Shown here one piece after another: positions 48,716 to 59,310 of a DNA stretch of 64,000 nt. The position numbers were made by a program, and so were the translations under genes. Below the pieces are notes generated by a model that was given only the letters and a program-made list of their open reading frames with translations, was not told where the DNA came from and ran no database searches. Source of the DNA: Candidatus Dormibacteria bacterium (GTDB taxonomy: Bacteria > Chloroflexota > Dormibacteria > Aeolococcales > Aeolococcaceae); the NCBI GenBank assembly GCA_050734185.1, contig JBOHUE010000157.1, positions 1,430 to 65,429 on the forward strand, given 5' to 3'. Each line of letters starts with the position of its first letter. Position 1 is the stretch's first letter.

Positions 48716-49332
48716 GCATGGCCGGGATGGTTTCGAATCACCTCAGGCGCGTTTGGTACCGCGAGGCCGGGAAAATGTCCTCTGAACCTCCCGGGCAATA
48801 CTGGGACTCCTTCACGCCAGGAGGAGGATCTCGCGAGCGGACCGCATGCTTGCCGGTCCGCTCGTCCTTGAGAACCCCGCCCGGTATCGGGCAGCGCTCA
48901 TTGCGCTCCTCACACCCAACCAGGTCGAACCGGATGCCACCCTTGCACAGGCCGAGTCATCACAGCTGTATGCGCAGACGGCCGCGCTGACCGCGGCGGC
49001 AACTAGGACGCCCGCGTACGACACCTGCGTGCCCCTTGCAAACCGCGTCGAATCTGCCGCGCCCGAACAGATGGCTGCGGTCGAAGGCAGCTTCGCTCCA
49101 GCGGCGGCGTACGGCACCGAGACGCTAGACATGTTCTGGAGGGCCGGTGGTAGAAGCTCAAGTCGACCCAGTTGTTGGACACGCGGTGGGCGCTAGCGCC
49201 TCTGGAGTCGCGCGGTAGCGGTTGGCCAAGGTGCGTGGGCTGGTCGCTTCGTGTTACCGACGAGCATGCCAAGGTACGCTGCTTCACGGCCACCACGATC
49301 CAGATGGGAGTCGCGAGGCGGCTTGACCATCG

Positions 49333-52300
49333 CTACCCGGCGTTGAGATTACCGTGAGTCTGGCGACGGCCGAACGTCGCGTGATCTCGCTTGCTGGCCG
49401 CCCGCCAGCCAGACACTCGCATCTTCCCCACCGGCGCTTGACGAAGCTGTGGGTCGCGCACCGGATTGAAGACTGCCGTTAATTCGGGAATCCCGCCGTC
49501 GGTGAGGTGCTCAACGACGTAGACCCAGTAGTCGGCACCGAGCTTGGGATCTAGCGCAACCTCCCACTCACTCGTCTCCAGGATGAAAGCGTCCGCTGCG
49601 AGTCCTCCGGACGCTTTCAGTTCGATGTAGCGGCCATCGCTCGCCACGAAATCGGCTCCCACCAAGGGCCCCTGTCGGTGCACGACGAAGCCGCCGCGCG
49701 TTGCCTCGAACATCTCGACGTATGGACGAGCGGCATCCTCGACAGCAGTGTTCGGAGGGATTGGAGTAGCGTCATCGCGGGCTTGACTCGGTCGGTCGGA
49801 CTCCGGGCGCGGCTTCCGGCGACGCGCAGTCCTTGGGAGCTCCCGCACCGCCTGAGACCCCAGAGCGTCATGCTCGGTGCTCTCGATCGACAACAACTCG
49901 AAGGAGGAAGGGTCGGCAAACGTACGCTCCACATGTGATGGTCGCCTAGTTTCCGTGGACGTCCGTGAGGAGCCTGGGGCTGGCCGTGTTGCCTGTCGGA
50001 TCGCATCAATAGCAGCCTCAACATCGTCTGCATCGTCATGATCGCCCTCCGCTCCACCGAAGCCCGCTTCGACTGAGAGCACGCCTACGCTGGTCTCGTA
50101 GCGCTCGATCCGCTTAGCGAAAGCCTCGGGCGATCGGAAAGCTTCTCCAAGCAGCGCCGCCAGCGCGTTCGTCGCGGCGAGTTGTCGCCGCTGAACGAGG
50201 GAACCGAGTATTTCTGCGGCTGTGTGACCGAATACGTCAGCTGATTCCACCCCGACAAGTACTCCGTCTCGAAGCAGCACCCGCGGCTCGGTGTGCAGTC
50301 GAATGTTTCCCTGGTCGGGGAGGCGAAGGACCAATCGGCCTTCAATCTTCAGTGCAGTTGCCGGCTGAAGACCCGCCGCCCCTGCGGCGAGATTGGCAAT
50401 CACGGCGCGATCCCAGCCCCCTTCGGACCGAAGCAACTCTGGCCATGCGCGGACGGCAGCCAGCCATCGACCTCTGAGATCCGCGCTGAGGTCTCCTCCG
50501 GCCACGACCAGCCACTGTTCCTCAAGGACCTCTCCCGGTGTCAACTCCCTGACGGCGAGCCAACGGGCTGCGGTTCCCACGACGGAGGCGTCGTACGTGC
50601 CGGGCAACCACCACGCAAGGTGAGTCTGGAGGGCGGACCGAATCTCCGGCCGGGCAGTCCACCAAGCCTGGTCGGCATCAAGCCAGCCGCGGTCTGTCAG
50701 TGCCGGCACGCCTGCGGGTCCGGCGCTCCCATGCGACACGACAGACTCTAGTCTCACGACCAATTCCCCATAGAAGTGGCGTGCGATCTCATCAACTGGG
50801 CTAGCCGCCATTTCGTAGCGAATGATGTCCGCCATCATCTGCGGATCGAGGTCCGCTCGCACGCCCAACGCGTCCCAAAGTGTGGCGGATCTCGGATAAC
50901 GTCCGGCGAGCTGCCCAACGAACGGGCCGGCGACAGCAGACACGTCCGCTCGCACCGTACGAACCGGTGACCACCATTCGTTGCCGATAAAATCACCCGG
51001 GGGCGGGGCGAAGATGAGGCCGACGCGGCCATTCCCGTGGAACTTAGGCCGGATAAGCAGACGAACCAGATCGGCACGCGCGGAGTTCGGCAGTGCTGTA
51101 AGTTCGCCAGCTATGAGCTCGTAACAAGCCCCGGCTGCGCGCCGACGCTGATCGACTGTGAGTTCTGGAGCTGTATCGCGGAGCCGCTGCAAGGTTGAGA
51201 TAAGGCGGTGCGGCGCGGGTCGTTCGGCGATGCCGATGTCATCGAGCATCGCGTCTGGCTGACTAGGCCAACCTAGGACCGATGCGGCTTCGCTCGCCAA
51301 GGCGAGCTTCGTTGCAGGACTACTGCGAACGAGATCCTTGGGCTTCTGCAAGGATCGGTCCAGCGCGCCGACCCAAGCGATCGACTCGAGCAGTCCCACC
51401 CACGACGACGCTACCTGAGGCGGGTCAGGGATCCAGTTGTAATAGAAATGCGCCGGCGTGGTCTTGCTGGTCGGCGCGATTCGGCCCCAATCCGCCTGGA
51501 GTACAGTCCACAGGGCTCGAGCTCGTCGCCCGCGTTGACGCGTCGACAGTGATGGCCACCGATCTACCAACCACGTGAGGTCGTCGGAAACCCAATCGTC
51601 GATGACACCGGTGGGTCGGGTCATCGCGCTTGAAGGCCAGACAATCCACGGCATCGTCCCGCGTGCGATCCTCGTCACGCGGCGTCCGTCACCGACGGCT
51701 TCGCCGATTCGCGGGCTGATGTAGGGACCAACCAAGCCCCCCAGGAATCGCAAGAACTCGGGAGGGGACATCTGCGCTCGAGCCCCCCGCTGGATACCTC
51801 GACCTCTCGGCACCGGGATCGCGTGAGTGTGGATCTCGTCGACAATCGCTCGGTCAGGCTTTCCGTTTGTCACGGCTTCCATGCCGTCCTGGCTGAGCAT
51901 GGCCGAGCTCAAATATGTTCTTGTGAGCGGTCGAGCGACAAGTCGTCGCGATCGCCCTTGACCAACGACGGCAGCGACGCGGAGACTGTCGCCCAACTGG
52001 CGCGCGATCATGGCTTCGTCTTGAGCGCGATGTGCCCGGCGATAGTCGTTCACGAAGCCTCGCCATCGATGCCTGATGAACTCGACCATCCGAAAGAGCT
52101 GTTCCCGCTGCGATTCATCGATGTGATCAAGCTTCGCTAAGGCGGCCATCCGGGGAACGACCAGGTCTGTGACGACGTGGTATGGGCCAGCCTGAAGCGC
52201 TACTCGGAAGGGCTCCTGCGACAACATATCGCGGACCCGCACGCGCATATCGCCTTGGTCCCGTCCGCGGCGCCGAGCCGCAAGCACACCCGGGGCTGGA

Positions 52301-54051
52301 TCGAGGAACGGATCGACAAGGTGGATCTCAGACTCATTGAAGTACCGCCGCAAGTCGGTGAGAGTTGCGGAGCGTGAGTACCCAAGCAGGTAGCCAGTGA
52401 GCGCAATACGTGGAGAAGGCCGGATCCGACCGCCATGCTCGATTGGTATGCATGCCGTCGATGCGATGGACGCGCGCTCCTCTTGAGTCGCCGTGGTCGC
52501 AACTAGGTCCAGCGCTCGAAGCCACCACCGTCCGTCGCGACGACCGAAACGGAGGTCATCGAGCCTGAGCAGAGCGAGCAGGTCTGGGAGCGCCACTGCG
52601 CGACCTCCCAGGGTGCCAACGACCGAATGCATCCTGCGCTCGTCACTTGACCCAGTGGCTGGTGCAGTTGCGGGAGCGACATACGAGACAGCCGTGCCTG
52701 TCGCCAAATGCAGGTCCGTTTCTCGGATGACTTCACGGAACGCCTCGTCTGGAGCCCACACAGCGGCAGAGGGTACCCGCCAACCCGCGACCGTGCGAAC
52801 GAATCGACGGTCGCGAAGCTGGCTCATCGCTACGTCAAACGCACGGTGCTGGAGGGAGCCGGGAGCAACCTCTGACGCGAGAGGGATGAGTGGCCACGGG
52901 GGTTGACCGGAACGGGATTCAGCTTCTATCGCCTTGGCGATGACATTGCCGATCTCAGTCAACAGCCAGCGATTCCAGTCATTCTCACGGAGTCGTTCGC
53001 GTCCAGGTGTTGGGTCGAAATCGGCTTGCACAAGCCAACGCAGTTCCGATGTGACATCTAGGGGCAGAAAACAGTGCAGCTTCGTGGGGCCGACCGAGCG
53101 ATCAATGGGCCGTGCGAGAACGATTGTCGACGTCTCGCCCGCCTGAACTTCCCGGCCTTGGCGTGCCAATCCGCGCGGGACCGCAGACGTCGAGTACCGA
53201 TATCGTCGCCAAGCCTGTTGCTCACAGCCAGGCCACGATCCGCCGATGCGACACTCGTCCCAGCCGCGCGTCCGGTTTGAAACGCCTGAGCGCCGATAGA
53301 ACTGGCCGCGGCCGCGTCCGGTGACTCGATCAATAATGACGATAGATTCCAGGCTGTCGAGCGTCAACAACAGGTGCAGGAATTCAGGCCTGGTTAAGTC
53401 CTCGATGATCGACGCCAATCGACCACGCTCCGAGGGTCGTACATGCAGCGTGAAATGAGCGCCACGAGGCCGGCGCGGCGGGAGCGGAAGCGGATCGGGA
53501 TAGATCTTGTCCTCAATACGAAAGGCGTACGAGCCTGACTCAATCTGCGGCGAATCAGTCAGCTTAAACACGGACTTGAAACCGATCCCGAAGAATCCGA
53601 TCTTGTTCTTCTTGGGACTATGCCCGGCCGAGCAGATTGCCCATACGTCTGGGGCCGAGAATGCCTGACCATCGTTGTGTACGCGGACCTCATCAGGCTC
53701 AAATAGAAAGAGTATTCGCCGCGCTCCTGCGTCTTCGGCGTTCTGGATCAATTCCAGCGCCCAATGGATGTCGCGCCCGTACAGCTGCTCGGACGCGATC
53801 GACAGGAGCGGACCAAGGTCGGGACTGCCGCGAAATTCTTCTTTTAGCGACCGAACTGCGCCGACGAACGTCTCATTCCAGTTCGGGTCGTCCTCCGGCA
53901 ACGATTCGACAGGGAGCCGCCGAGCCAGGCGCTCGACGGCATTGGCGGCGGCAGCCCGAAGTGAATCCACACCGGGAGAGGGTTCATGGACACCGCGGAT
54001 ACTGGCGCTCTTGGAGCGATTCGGGTCGATCAGCGTGGCGGTGGCCTCCAA
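49333..54051 (-). CDS. giant (1572 aa) sacsin/MORC-like GHKL ATPase with C-terminal DUF3883 / PD-(D/E)xK-like nuclease domain; defense-island protein candidate
   Basis: N-terminal HATPase_c_3-type N-box ELIQNAEDAGA and G-boxes KIGFFGIGFKS; C-terminal GADFVASDGRYIELKASGG...FILETSEWEVA...YWVYVV fits the DUF3883 GYDIxS...IEVKxT...lSxNE pattern. Confidence 0.75.
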   Translation of the reverse strand: MEATATLIDPNRSKSASIRGVHEPSPGVDSLRAAAANAVERLARRLPVESLPEDDPNWNETFVGAVRSLKEEFRGSPDLGPLLSIASEQLYGRDIHWALELIQNAEDAGARRILFLFEPDEVRVHNDGQAFSAPDVWAICSAGHSPKKNKIGFFGIGFKSVFKLTDSPQIESGSYAFRIEDKIYPDPLPLPPRRPRGAHFTLHVRPSERGRLASIIEDLTRPEFLHLLLTLDSLESIVIIDRVTGRGRGQFYRRSGVSNRTRGWDECRIGGSWPGCEQQAWRRYRYSTSAVPRGLARQGREVQAGETSTIVLARPIDRSVGPTKLHCFLPLDVTSELRWLVQADFDPTPGRERLRENDWNRWLLTEIGNVIAKAIEAESRSGQPPWPLIPLASEVAPGSLQHRAFDVAMSQLRDRRFVRTVAGWRVPSAAVWAPDEAFREVIRETDLHLATGTAVSYVAPATAPATGSSDERRMHSVVGTLGGRAVALPDLLALLRLDDLRFGRRDGRWWLRALDLVATTATQEERASIASTACIPIEHGGRIRPSPRIALTGYLLGYSRSATLTDLRRYFNESEIHLVDPFLDPAPGVLAARRRGRDQGDMRVRVRDMLSQEPFRVALQAGPYHVVTDLVVPRMAALAKLDHIDESQREQLFRMVEFIRHRWRGFVNDYRRAHRAQDEAMIARQLGDSLRVAAVVGQGRSRRLVARPLTRTYLSSAMLSQDGMEAVTNGKPDRAIVDEIHTHAIPVPRGRGIQRGARAQMSPPEFLRFLGGLVGPYISPRIGEAVGDGRRVTRIARGTMPWIVWPSSAMTRPTGVIDDWVSDDLTWLVDRWPSLSTRQRGRRARALWTVLQADWGRIAPTSKTTPAHFYYNWIPDPPQVASSWVGLLESIAWVGALDRSLQKPKDLVRSSPATKLALASEAASVLGWPSQPDAMLDDIGIAERPAPHRLISTLQRLRDTAPELTVDQRRRAAGACYELIAGELTALPNSARADLVRLLIRPKFHGNGRVGLIFAPPPGDFIGNEWWSPVRTVRADVSAVAGPFVGQLAGRYPRSATLWDALGVRADLDPQMMADIIRYEMAASPVDEIARHFYGELVVRLESVVSHGSAGPAGVPALTDRGWLDADQAWWTARPEIRSALQTHLAWWLPGTYDASVVGTAARWLAVRELTPGEVLEEQWLVVAGGDLSADLRGRWLAAVRAWPELLRSEGGWDRAVIANLAAGAAGLQPATALKIEGRLVLRLPDQGNIRLHTEPRVLLRDGVLVGVESADVFGHTAAEILGSLVQRRQLAATNALAALLGEAFRSPEAFAKRIERYETSVGVLSVEAGFGGAEGDHDDADDVEAAIDAIRQATRPAPGSSRTSTETRRPSHVERTFADPSSFELLSIESTEHDALGSQAVRELPRTARRRKPRPESDRPSQARDDATPIPPNTAVEDAARPYVEMFEATRGGFVVHRQGPLVGADFVASDGRYIELKASGGLAADAFILETSEWEVALDPKLGADYWVYVVEHLTDGGIPELTAVFNPVRDPQLRQAPVGKMRVSGWRAASKRDHATFGRRQTHGNLNAG

Positions 54052-54908
54052 GCGATATGCGCGAGTGCTAGGGCCTTTCGATGAGAGATGTCAAGCGATC
54101 ACACAACAAGCCCTCGCCCTCCGCATCCGCCACATTCGTCGCCAAGTTCAGGAGCGTTATACCGTCCGCGGCTCGGTCGGTGCGCGCGGGGCAGCCCACG
54201 GCTCTAAGCGCGCACCAAATAGTGCACAGAGTTGAGCACGGAAAGTCCACAGCTCTGATTGACGGGGACCATAGCCTTCCCCCGGTGCCCCGCTGAGCCG
54301 TGCACATCGCGCGACCAGTAGCGGTCCGTTGTTGGTCGACGTACTTGCTCATCGCGGTTGCCGCGGGTCGAGCTCCCGCGCGGAGAAAGCTGACGCCGAC
54401 TTGAGGATCTCCTTGGCTCGGGTGCAAATCGCTGTTCTCTCGCTCGAACTGTGCGATGCGGAGGTCTCTTCCGTCGTGGTCCCGGTGCGCTTCCCATCAT
54501 CCATCTCGGCTTCGTTAACCCAGGTGCTCGACGACTCAGCGTCAGGGCCCCATTAATTGGCGACGCGGCTGACACTCCCGAAGCGCTCACGGGACTGCTC
54601 ATATGCCTGGTGGGACCATCCGGATCCCCCCTCTCTGAGCTTAGTGATGCGTCCGCGCGCTCCGAAGTATTGGAGCTCACCTAACCTTCGGGGCCAAGGC
54701 ATCGCGAATCTCCGTATCGCGCCAGTTCCAGAGCTTGGTGGCCGACGCGCACCTAGCTCCGATGCCAGCAATCCTTATGCCGCGATTTGGCCGCACCCTC
54801 TACGTGACGGGCCAGCGACCGCTGAAGACGCCCCAGGCTTCCGGCGTCCCGCGAGCATAGACTCGCATCCTGGGCGGAGCGGGACGTCCGAAGACGAGGA
54901 GTGTCGCG

Positions 54909-55778
54909 ATGGCAGCTGTTGCACCGGTTGAGGGCATCGACGCAATGTCGTACGTCACGGTCGGGGTCGAGAACAGCACCCCGATTCGGATCCACTACGA
55001 GGATCACGGCAGCGGTCAGCCGATCGTCCTGATCCACGGTTATCCGCTCAATGGGGAGTCCTGGGAGAAGCAGGAGCGTGCGCTGCTGCCCGCCGGCTAC
55101 CGCGTCATCACGTACGACCGCCGCGGCTTCGGCGCGTCGAGTCACCCCACCGTGGGCTACGACTACGACACGTTCACCGCCGACCTCGACGCGCTGCTCG
55201 ACCACCTGCATCTCGACAATGTCGTCCTCTGCGGGTTTTCCATGGGCACCGGTGAGGTGACGCGCTACCTCGGCACCCACGGATCAGCGCGCGTGCGCAA
55301 AGCCGTGCTCATGGGCGCGATCCCGCCCTTCCTGCTGAAGACTGCGGACAACCCAGAGGGCGTCGACGCTTCGGTCTTCGACGGCATCAAGGCACTGGTC
55401 CTCAAGGACCGCTACCTGTGGTTCAAGAACTTCTTCGACAACTTCTACAACACGGACGTGCTGATGCCCGAGCGCATCACCGAACAGGCATGGCAGGCAA
55501 GCTTCAACCTCGCGTGCACCGCGTCGCCGTACGCCAGCTACGCGTGCGTCGACACATGGCTCACCGACTTCCGCAGCGACCTGCCGAAGATCGACGTGCC
55601 CACGCTCGTGGTGCACGGCACTGCCGACCGGATCCTTCCATTCGAGGCGACGGCGAAACGCCTGCCGGCGCTGATCAGGGGCGCGCGTCTGGTCGCGGTC
55701 GACGGCGGCCCGCACAACATCGCATGGACACACCCCGATGAGGTCAACGACGCGCTGTTGACGTTCCTCGCGGAGTAG
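54909..55778 (+). CDS. alpha/beta hydrolase (non-haem haloperoxidase/esterase-like)
   Basis: HGYPLNG and GFSMGTG (GxSxG nucleophile elbow); C-terminal His/Asp region VVHGTADRILP. Start may be the internal ATG at 54945. Confidence 0.9.
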   Translation: MAAVAPVEGIDAMSYVTVGVENSTPIRIHYEDHGSGQPIVLIHGYPLNGESWEKQERALLPAGYRVITYDRRGFGASSHPTVGYDYDTFTADLDALLDHLHLDNVVLCGFSMGTGEVTRYLGTHGSARVRKAVLMGAIPPFLLKTADNPEGVDASVFDGIKALVLKDRYLWFKNFFDNFYNTDVLMPERITEQAWQASFNLACTASPYASYACVDTWLTDFRSDLPKIDVPTLVVHGTADRILPFEATAKRLPALIRGARLVAVDGGPHNIAWTHPDEVNDALLTFLAE

Positions 55779-55878
55779 CAGGTTAACGCCCGGCGAAGGT
55801 GCCGGAGGGCGCGAGTGGCTGTGCTAGCGTCGCTGCTCGCTGCCCCTGCAGCGGTGGACGGTAATGAGGAGCGTTGTC

Positions 55879-56682
55879 ATGGCTGAAACCCAGACGGTGA
55901 CCATGAACAAGCCGGGGTGGCTCGATCTCAGCAGCACCGACGCCGCGGCGTCGCGTGACTTCTACTCGAAGCTCTTCGGCTGGGAAGCGACTGTCATCCC
56001 GGACCCGGCCGCCGGCGGGTACGCGATGGCCGTGCTCGACGGCAAGGAGGTCGGTGGCATCGGGCCTGTGCAGAACCCGGAGCAACCCAGCGCCTGGACG
56101 ATCTACATCCTGGTCGAGAACGCCGACGACGCCGTGACGCGCAGCCGCGACGCCGGCGCCACCGTACTCATGGAGCCGATGGAGGTCATGGGCCAGGGGC
56201 GCATGGCGATCATCGGCGACCCATCCGGAGCGGCCATCGGCCTGTGGCAGCCGATGGGGCACGCCGGGTGGGAGGTCGAGGGCGTCCCGGGATCGGTCTG
56301 CTGGGTGGAGCTGACCGCGCGCAACTTCCCGGCTGCGAGGAAGTTCTATGCCGACGTCTTCGGCTGGACGGCCGTGAAGTTCGATGCGCCCGACGGTCAG
56401 GCTCAGCCCGGACTGCCCGAGTACTTCACGTTCAAGCTTGGCGACGCCGACGCGTTCGGCGGTGGGCTCGAGACGCCGGCCGATGTGCCCGCGGAGGTGC
56501 CGTCGTACTGGCAGCCGTATTTCCTCGTCACCGATACCGACGCGATGACGGAGAAGGCGAAGGAGCTCGGCGCCACCGTCCTGATGGGGCCGGCTGAGGC
56601 GCCGAATGTCGGGCGCTGGTCGATCCTGCACGACCCGCAGGGCGCGATCTTCGCCGTTCTGCAGGCACCCGAGGGCACTTAA
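55879..56682 (+). CDS. VOC family protein (two glyoxalase/bleomycin-resistance modules)
   Basis: Tandem beta-alpha-beta-beta-beta modules; start taken at MAETQT (track ORF starts 15 nt upstream). Confidence 0.8.
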   Translation: MAETQTVTMNKPGWLDLSSTDAAASRDFYSKLFGWEATVIPDPAAGGYAMAVLDGKEVGGIGPVQNPEQPSAWTIYILVENADDAVTRSRDAGATVLMEPMEVMGQGRMAIIGDPSGAAIGLWQPMGHAGWEVEGVPGSVCWVELTARNFPAARKFYADVFGWTAVKFDAPDGQAQPGLPEYFTFKLGDADAFGGGLETPADVPAEVPSYWQPYFLVTDTDAMTEKAKELGATVLMGPAEAPNVGRWSILHDPQGAIFAVLQAPEGT

Positions 56683-56795
56683 CGACGGAGCTGCCGCCGC
56701 TCCCCGACGCGGTCGACGCTGCGACGCTGCAGTCGCTGGCCGAGCCCGACCTCGAGGGCGTCGAACGCGACCTGCGCTCCGCCGAACGAGCCACG

Positions 56796-57254
56796 GTGGC
56801 GGCGATGTCGCCGTGGGACCAGCAGCTGCGCGAGATCCGGGCCCGGCTGGCGGAGCTGTCCACGGAGCGGCGGCGGCGTGAACGCGCCGCGCACATCGCG
56901 CAGCGCGCGAGCGTCCGCGATATGGCCAAGTCCGGCACGATGCCGAGCCTCGCCGACGCGCTCGCCGCCCCGGACGATCTCTTCGACGCTGCCACCGCGC
57001 TTACAGCAGTGAAGGTGTTTCTCAAGAGCGGCGGCGAGGTGGGTCTTGGGTTCGCCCAGCGGCCGGGGACGATCGCGTTCAGTGACGGCCGCCGCCAGCA
57101 GCAGGCGAAGACCTGGGGCGAGGCGCGTGGCCTGGTCGCGGCCGGCTGGGAGCCGGGCTCCGCAGGCATCGCCGGCGTGCGGATCCACCTCAGCGGAAGC
57201 CGGGTGGAGCGTGTGGTGAGCGCCGATGAAGTGGTGGTCGAGCCCGTCGCTTAG
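56796..57254 (+). CDS. hypothetical protein
   Basis: High GC3 in frame; the frame stays open upstream to the VOC stop, so the start is uncertain (the GTG at 56787 is also possible). Confidence 0.4.
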   Translation: MAAMSPWDQQLREIRARLAELSTERRRRERAAHIAQRASVRDMAKSGTMPSLADALAAPDDLFDAATALTAVKVFLKSGGEVGLGFAQRPGTIAFSDGRRQQQAKTWGEARGLVAAGWEPGSAGIAGVRIHLSGSRVERVVSADEVVVEPVA

Positions 57255-58648
57255 GTGCTGCCACGCTGGAACTGGCGCGGTAGCTGCACGCGGAACACCG
57301 TGGCGCCGGGGCGCGAATCGATGTCGATGCTGCCGTGGTGCCGGTCGACCACGATGCGGCGCGCGATGTCAAGGCCAAGGCCGGTCCCCTTGCCGACGTC
57401 CTTGGTCGTGAAGAAGGGATCGAAGGCGCGATCCCGCACCTCCGACGGCATTCCGGGCCCCGTGTCAGTCACGTCGACGATCACGTCGTCGGTGCCCGCG
57501 CGGGCCGAGAGGCGCAGCGTGCCGCTGCCGCCCATGGCATCGATTGCATTGACGATGAGGTTGGTCCATACCTGGTTCAACTCTCCCGGAATTGCCTCGA
57601 TGCTCGGCAGGTCGCGCTCGTAGTCGCGGACAACGGTCACCCCGCGCAGCCGGTCCTTCAGCATCACAACCGTGCTGTCGAGTCCCTCGGTGACGTCGAT
57701 GATCTGGTGCGGCGCCCTGTCCAACTGCGTGTACGAACGCATGTCGTTGACGAGCGCCGAGATGCGGCCGGTCGATTCCTTGACCTCGGTGATCAGCGAC
57801 TCCATCGTGAGCGCGTTCGCCACCCAGTCCAGCCCGAGCGTGAGCAGCGATCGCGGTAACACCGCGGCAGCGCGCTCGCACCACGCGATGTCGGCGCCCG
57901 CGGCAGCCAGCGATGGCGCCACTCGCCATGCGGAGTCGACGCCACGCTCCTCGAGCCATGACGTGAGCTCATCCTCTCGCGCTGCAAGCCGCACGGAATC
58001 GCCCGCCGCAATCGGCAGGCCGATGTCGAGGCGCAGGTCATCCAGAACCGCGAACTGCTCTGCGCTCATCGACTCCCGCGCCAGCGCGCGGGTCGATTGC
58101 AGCAGGTCTGCCGTGGTGGTCTGCAGGGCTTCGACGGAGCGAGTTGCTGCCGACGCGGGATTGTTGAGCTCGTGCGCGAGCCCCGCGGCGAGCTGGCCGA
58201 GCGCAGCCATCGCCTGCTGCTGACGGGATGTCGCCTCGAAGTTGATGATCGTCTGAAACATCCCGTCGAGCAGGTGCGCGCCGAGCGGGAAGAGTGCGAG
58301 GGTGAGGTCGCGCAGCGCGGCTGAGGGAACCCGAAGTACCCGCCCGGGAATCGCCCCCCGGCCGCTGGTGAAGTAGCCCCCAGCCGGTGACCAGGCGCGG
58401 AAGCCACCTCCCCAATCGCCGGGGTGTTCCAGCAGCGCGGCAACCGTCGGCTCGCTGTGAGGCGTGCGGCGCATCAGCTCGATCCGGCCCTCGAGCAGCA
58501 CCCACCAGTACTCTGCAGGCGTCCCCTCGTGCCACAACACGTCGCCCGTCGCAAAGGCGACCTCGGTGCTCGCGCGGATCAGCGTTGCAAGCTGCTCCTG
58601 AGGGAGGCCCGCGAACACATAGACGCTCCGTAGCGCGTCGAGATCCAT
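57251..58648 (-). CDS. sensor histidine kinase with N-terminal cNMP-binding-like domain
   Basis: Start at the internal ATG 58648, 5 nt after the tmk stop (the 791-aa track ORF upstream part is antisense of tmk); cNMP/CAP-like VFAGLPQEQLATL...GDVLWHEG; HisKA H-box LAHELNNP; HATPase_c G-boxes DTGPGMP and GKGTGLGL. Confidence 0.8.
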   Translation of the reverse strand: MDLDALRSVYVFAGLPQEQLATLIRASTEVAFATGDVLWHEGTPAEYWWVLLEGRIELMRRTPHSEPTVAALLEHPGDWGGGFRAWSPAGGYFTSGRGAIPGRVLRVPSAALRDLTLALFPLGAHLLDGMFQTIINFEATSRQQQAMAALGQLAAGLAHELNNPASAATRSVEALQTTTADLLQSTRALARESMSAEQFAVLDDLRLDIGLPIAAGDSVRLAAREDELTSWLEERGVDSAWRVAPSLAAAGADIAWCERAAAVLPRSLLTLGLDWVANALTMESLITEVKESTGRISALVNDMRSYTQLDRAPHQIIDVTEGLDSTVVMLKDRLRGVTVVRDYERDLPSIEAIPGELNQVWTNLIVNAIDAMGGSGTLRLSARAGTDDVIVDVTDTGPGMPSEVRDRAFDPFFTTKDVGKGTGLGLDIARRIVVDRHHGSIDIDSRPGATVFRVQLPRQFQRGST

Positions 58649-58653
58649 TTCGC

Positions 58654-59310
58654 CTAACGGCGCGCGCCCGCGAGCAGCCCCAGTGACTCGGGCAGCCGCG
58701 CTGCCACCGTGTCGGCGATGGTCTGCGCCACCTCCAGAGCCGGCATGGTGGCGTCGATTGCCACCACGCGGTGCTCGCTCAGCGCCGCGATGTCCTCGAA
58801 GGCTGCGGCCACGGCAGCGTGGAAGTTCTCCGGCGCGCCCTCGATCCGGTCGAGCGGCAGCTGCTGCGCGTGTTGCCGGGTGACGGCCACCTCGATCGGG
58901 ATGCGCAAATACAGCGTGAGGTCGGGCCAGATGTCGCCGCACGCCTGGCGGTGCAGCTCGAGCAGTGGTTCGACGGGCAGGCCGCGACCACCACCCTGGT
59001 AGGCGATCGTCGAGTCCGTGTAGCGATCGGCGAGCACGAGCGCACCACGGTCCAGCGCGGGGACGATCACCTCGTGCAGCAGCTGCACGCGCTCGGCGAA
59101 GAACAGCAGCGCCTCCGACCATGGTTGCAGCGCCGGACCGCGCTGGTGCTGCAGCACGAAGCTGTGCAGCAGCTCGCCGAGCAGTGTCCCGTTGGGACGC
59201 ACGGTCACCACGTCGAGCCGCTGCTTGCGCAGCCACGCCGCGAGCGCCGCGACCTGCGTGCTCTTGCCGGCGCCGTCGAGCCCTTCGAGCGAAATGAAGT
59301 AGCCGCTCAC
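58654..59310 (-). CDS. tmk: thymidylate kinase
   Basis: P-loop [13 protein letters not shown]-type motif ADRYTDST, lid region. Confidence 0.9.
   Translation of the reverse strand: MSGYFISLEGLDGAGKSTQVAALAAWLRKQRLDVVTVRPNGTLLGELLHSFVLQHQRGPALQPWSEALLFFAERVQLLHEVIVPALDRGALVLADRYTDSTIAYQGGGRGLPVEPLLELHRQACGDIWPDLTLYLRIPIEVAVTRQHAQQLPLDRIEGAPENFHAAVAAAFEDIAALSEHRVVAIDATMPALEVAQTIADTVAARLPESLGLLAGARR

Noticed and set aside
49333-54051. Calling the giant protein a histidine kinase because of the HATPase fold
   Set aside because: No HisKA/H-box; the N-box is of the sacsin/MORC (HATPase_c_3) type and the C-terminus is nuclease-like.
54052-54908. Small ORFs (for example 54204..54680 minus, 54557..54931 plus) in the right island boundary
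   Set aside because: Low-complexity translations, no start context; the region is treated as intergenic or an island boundary.
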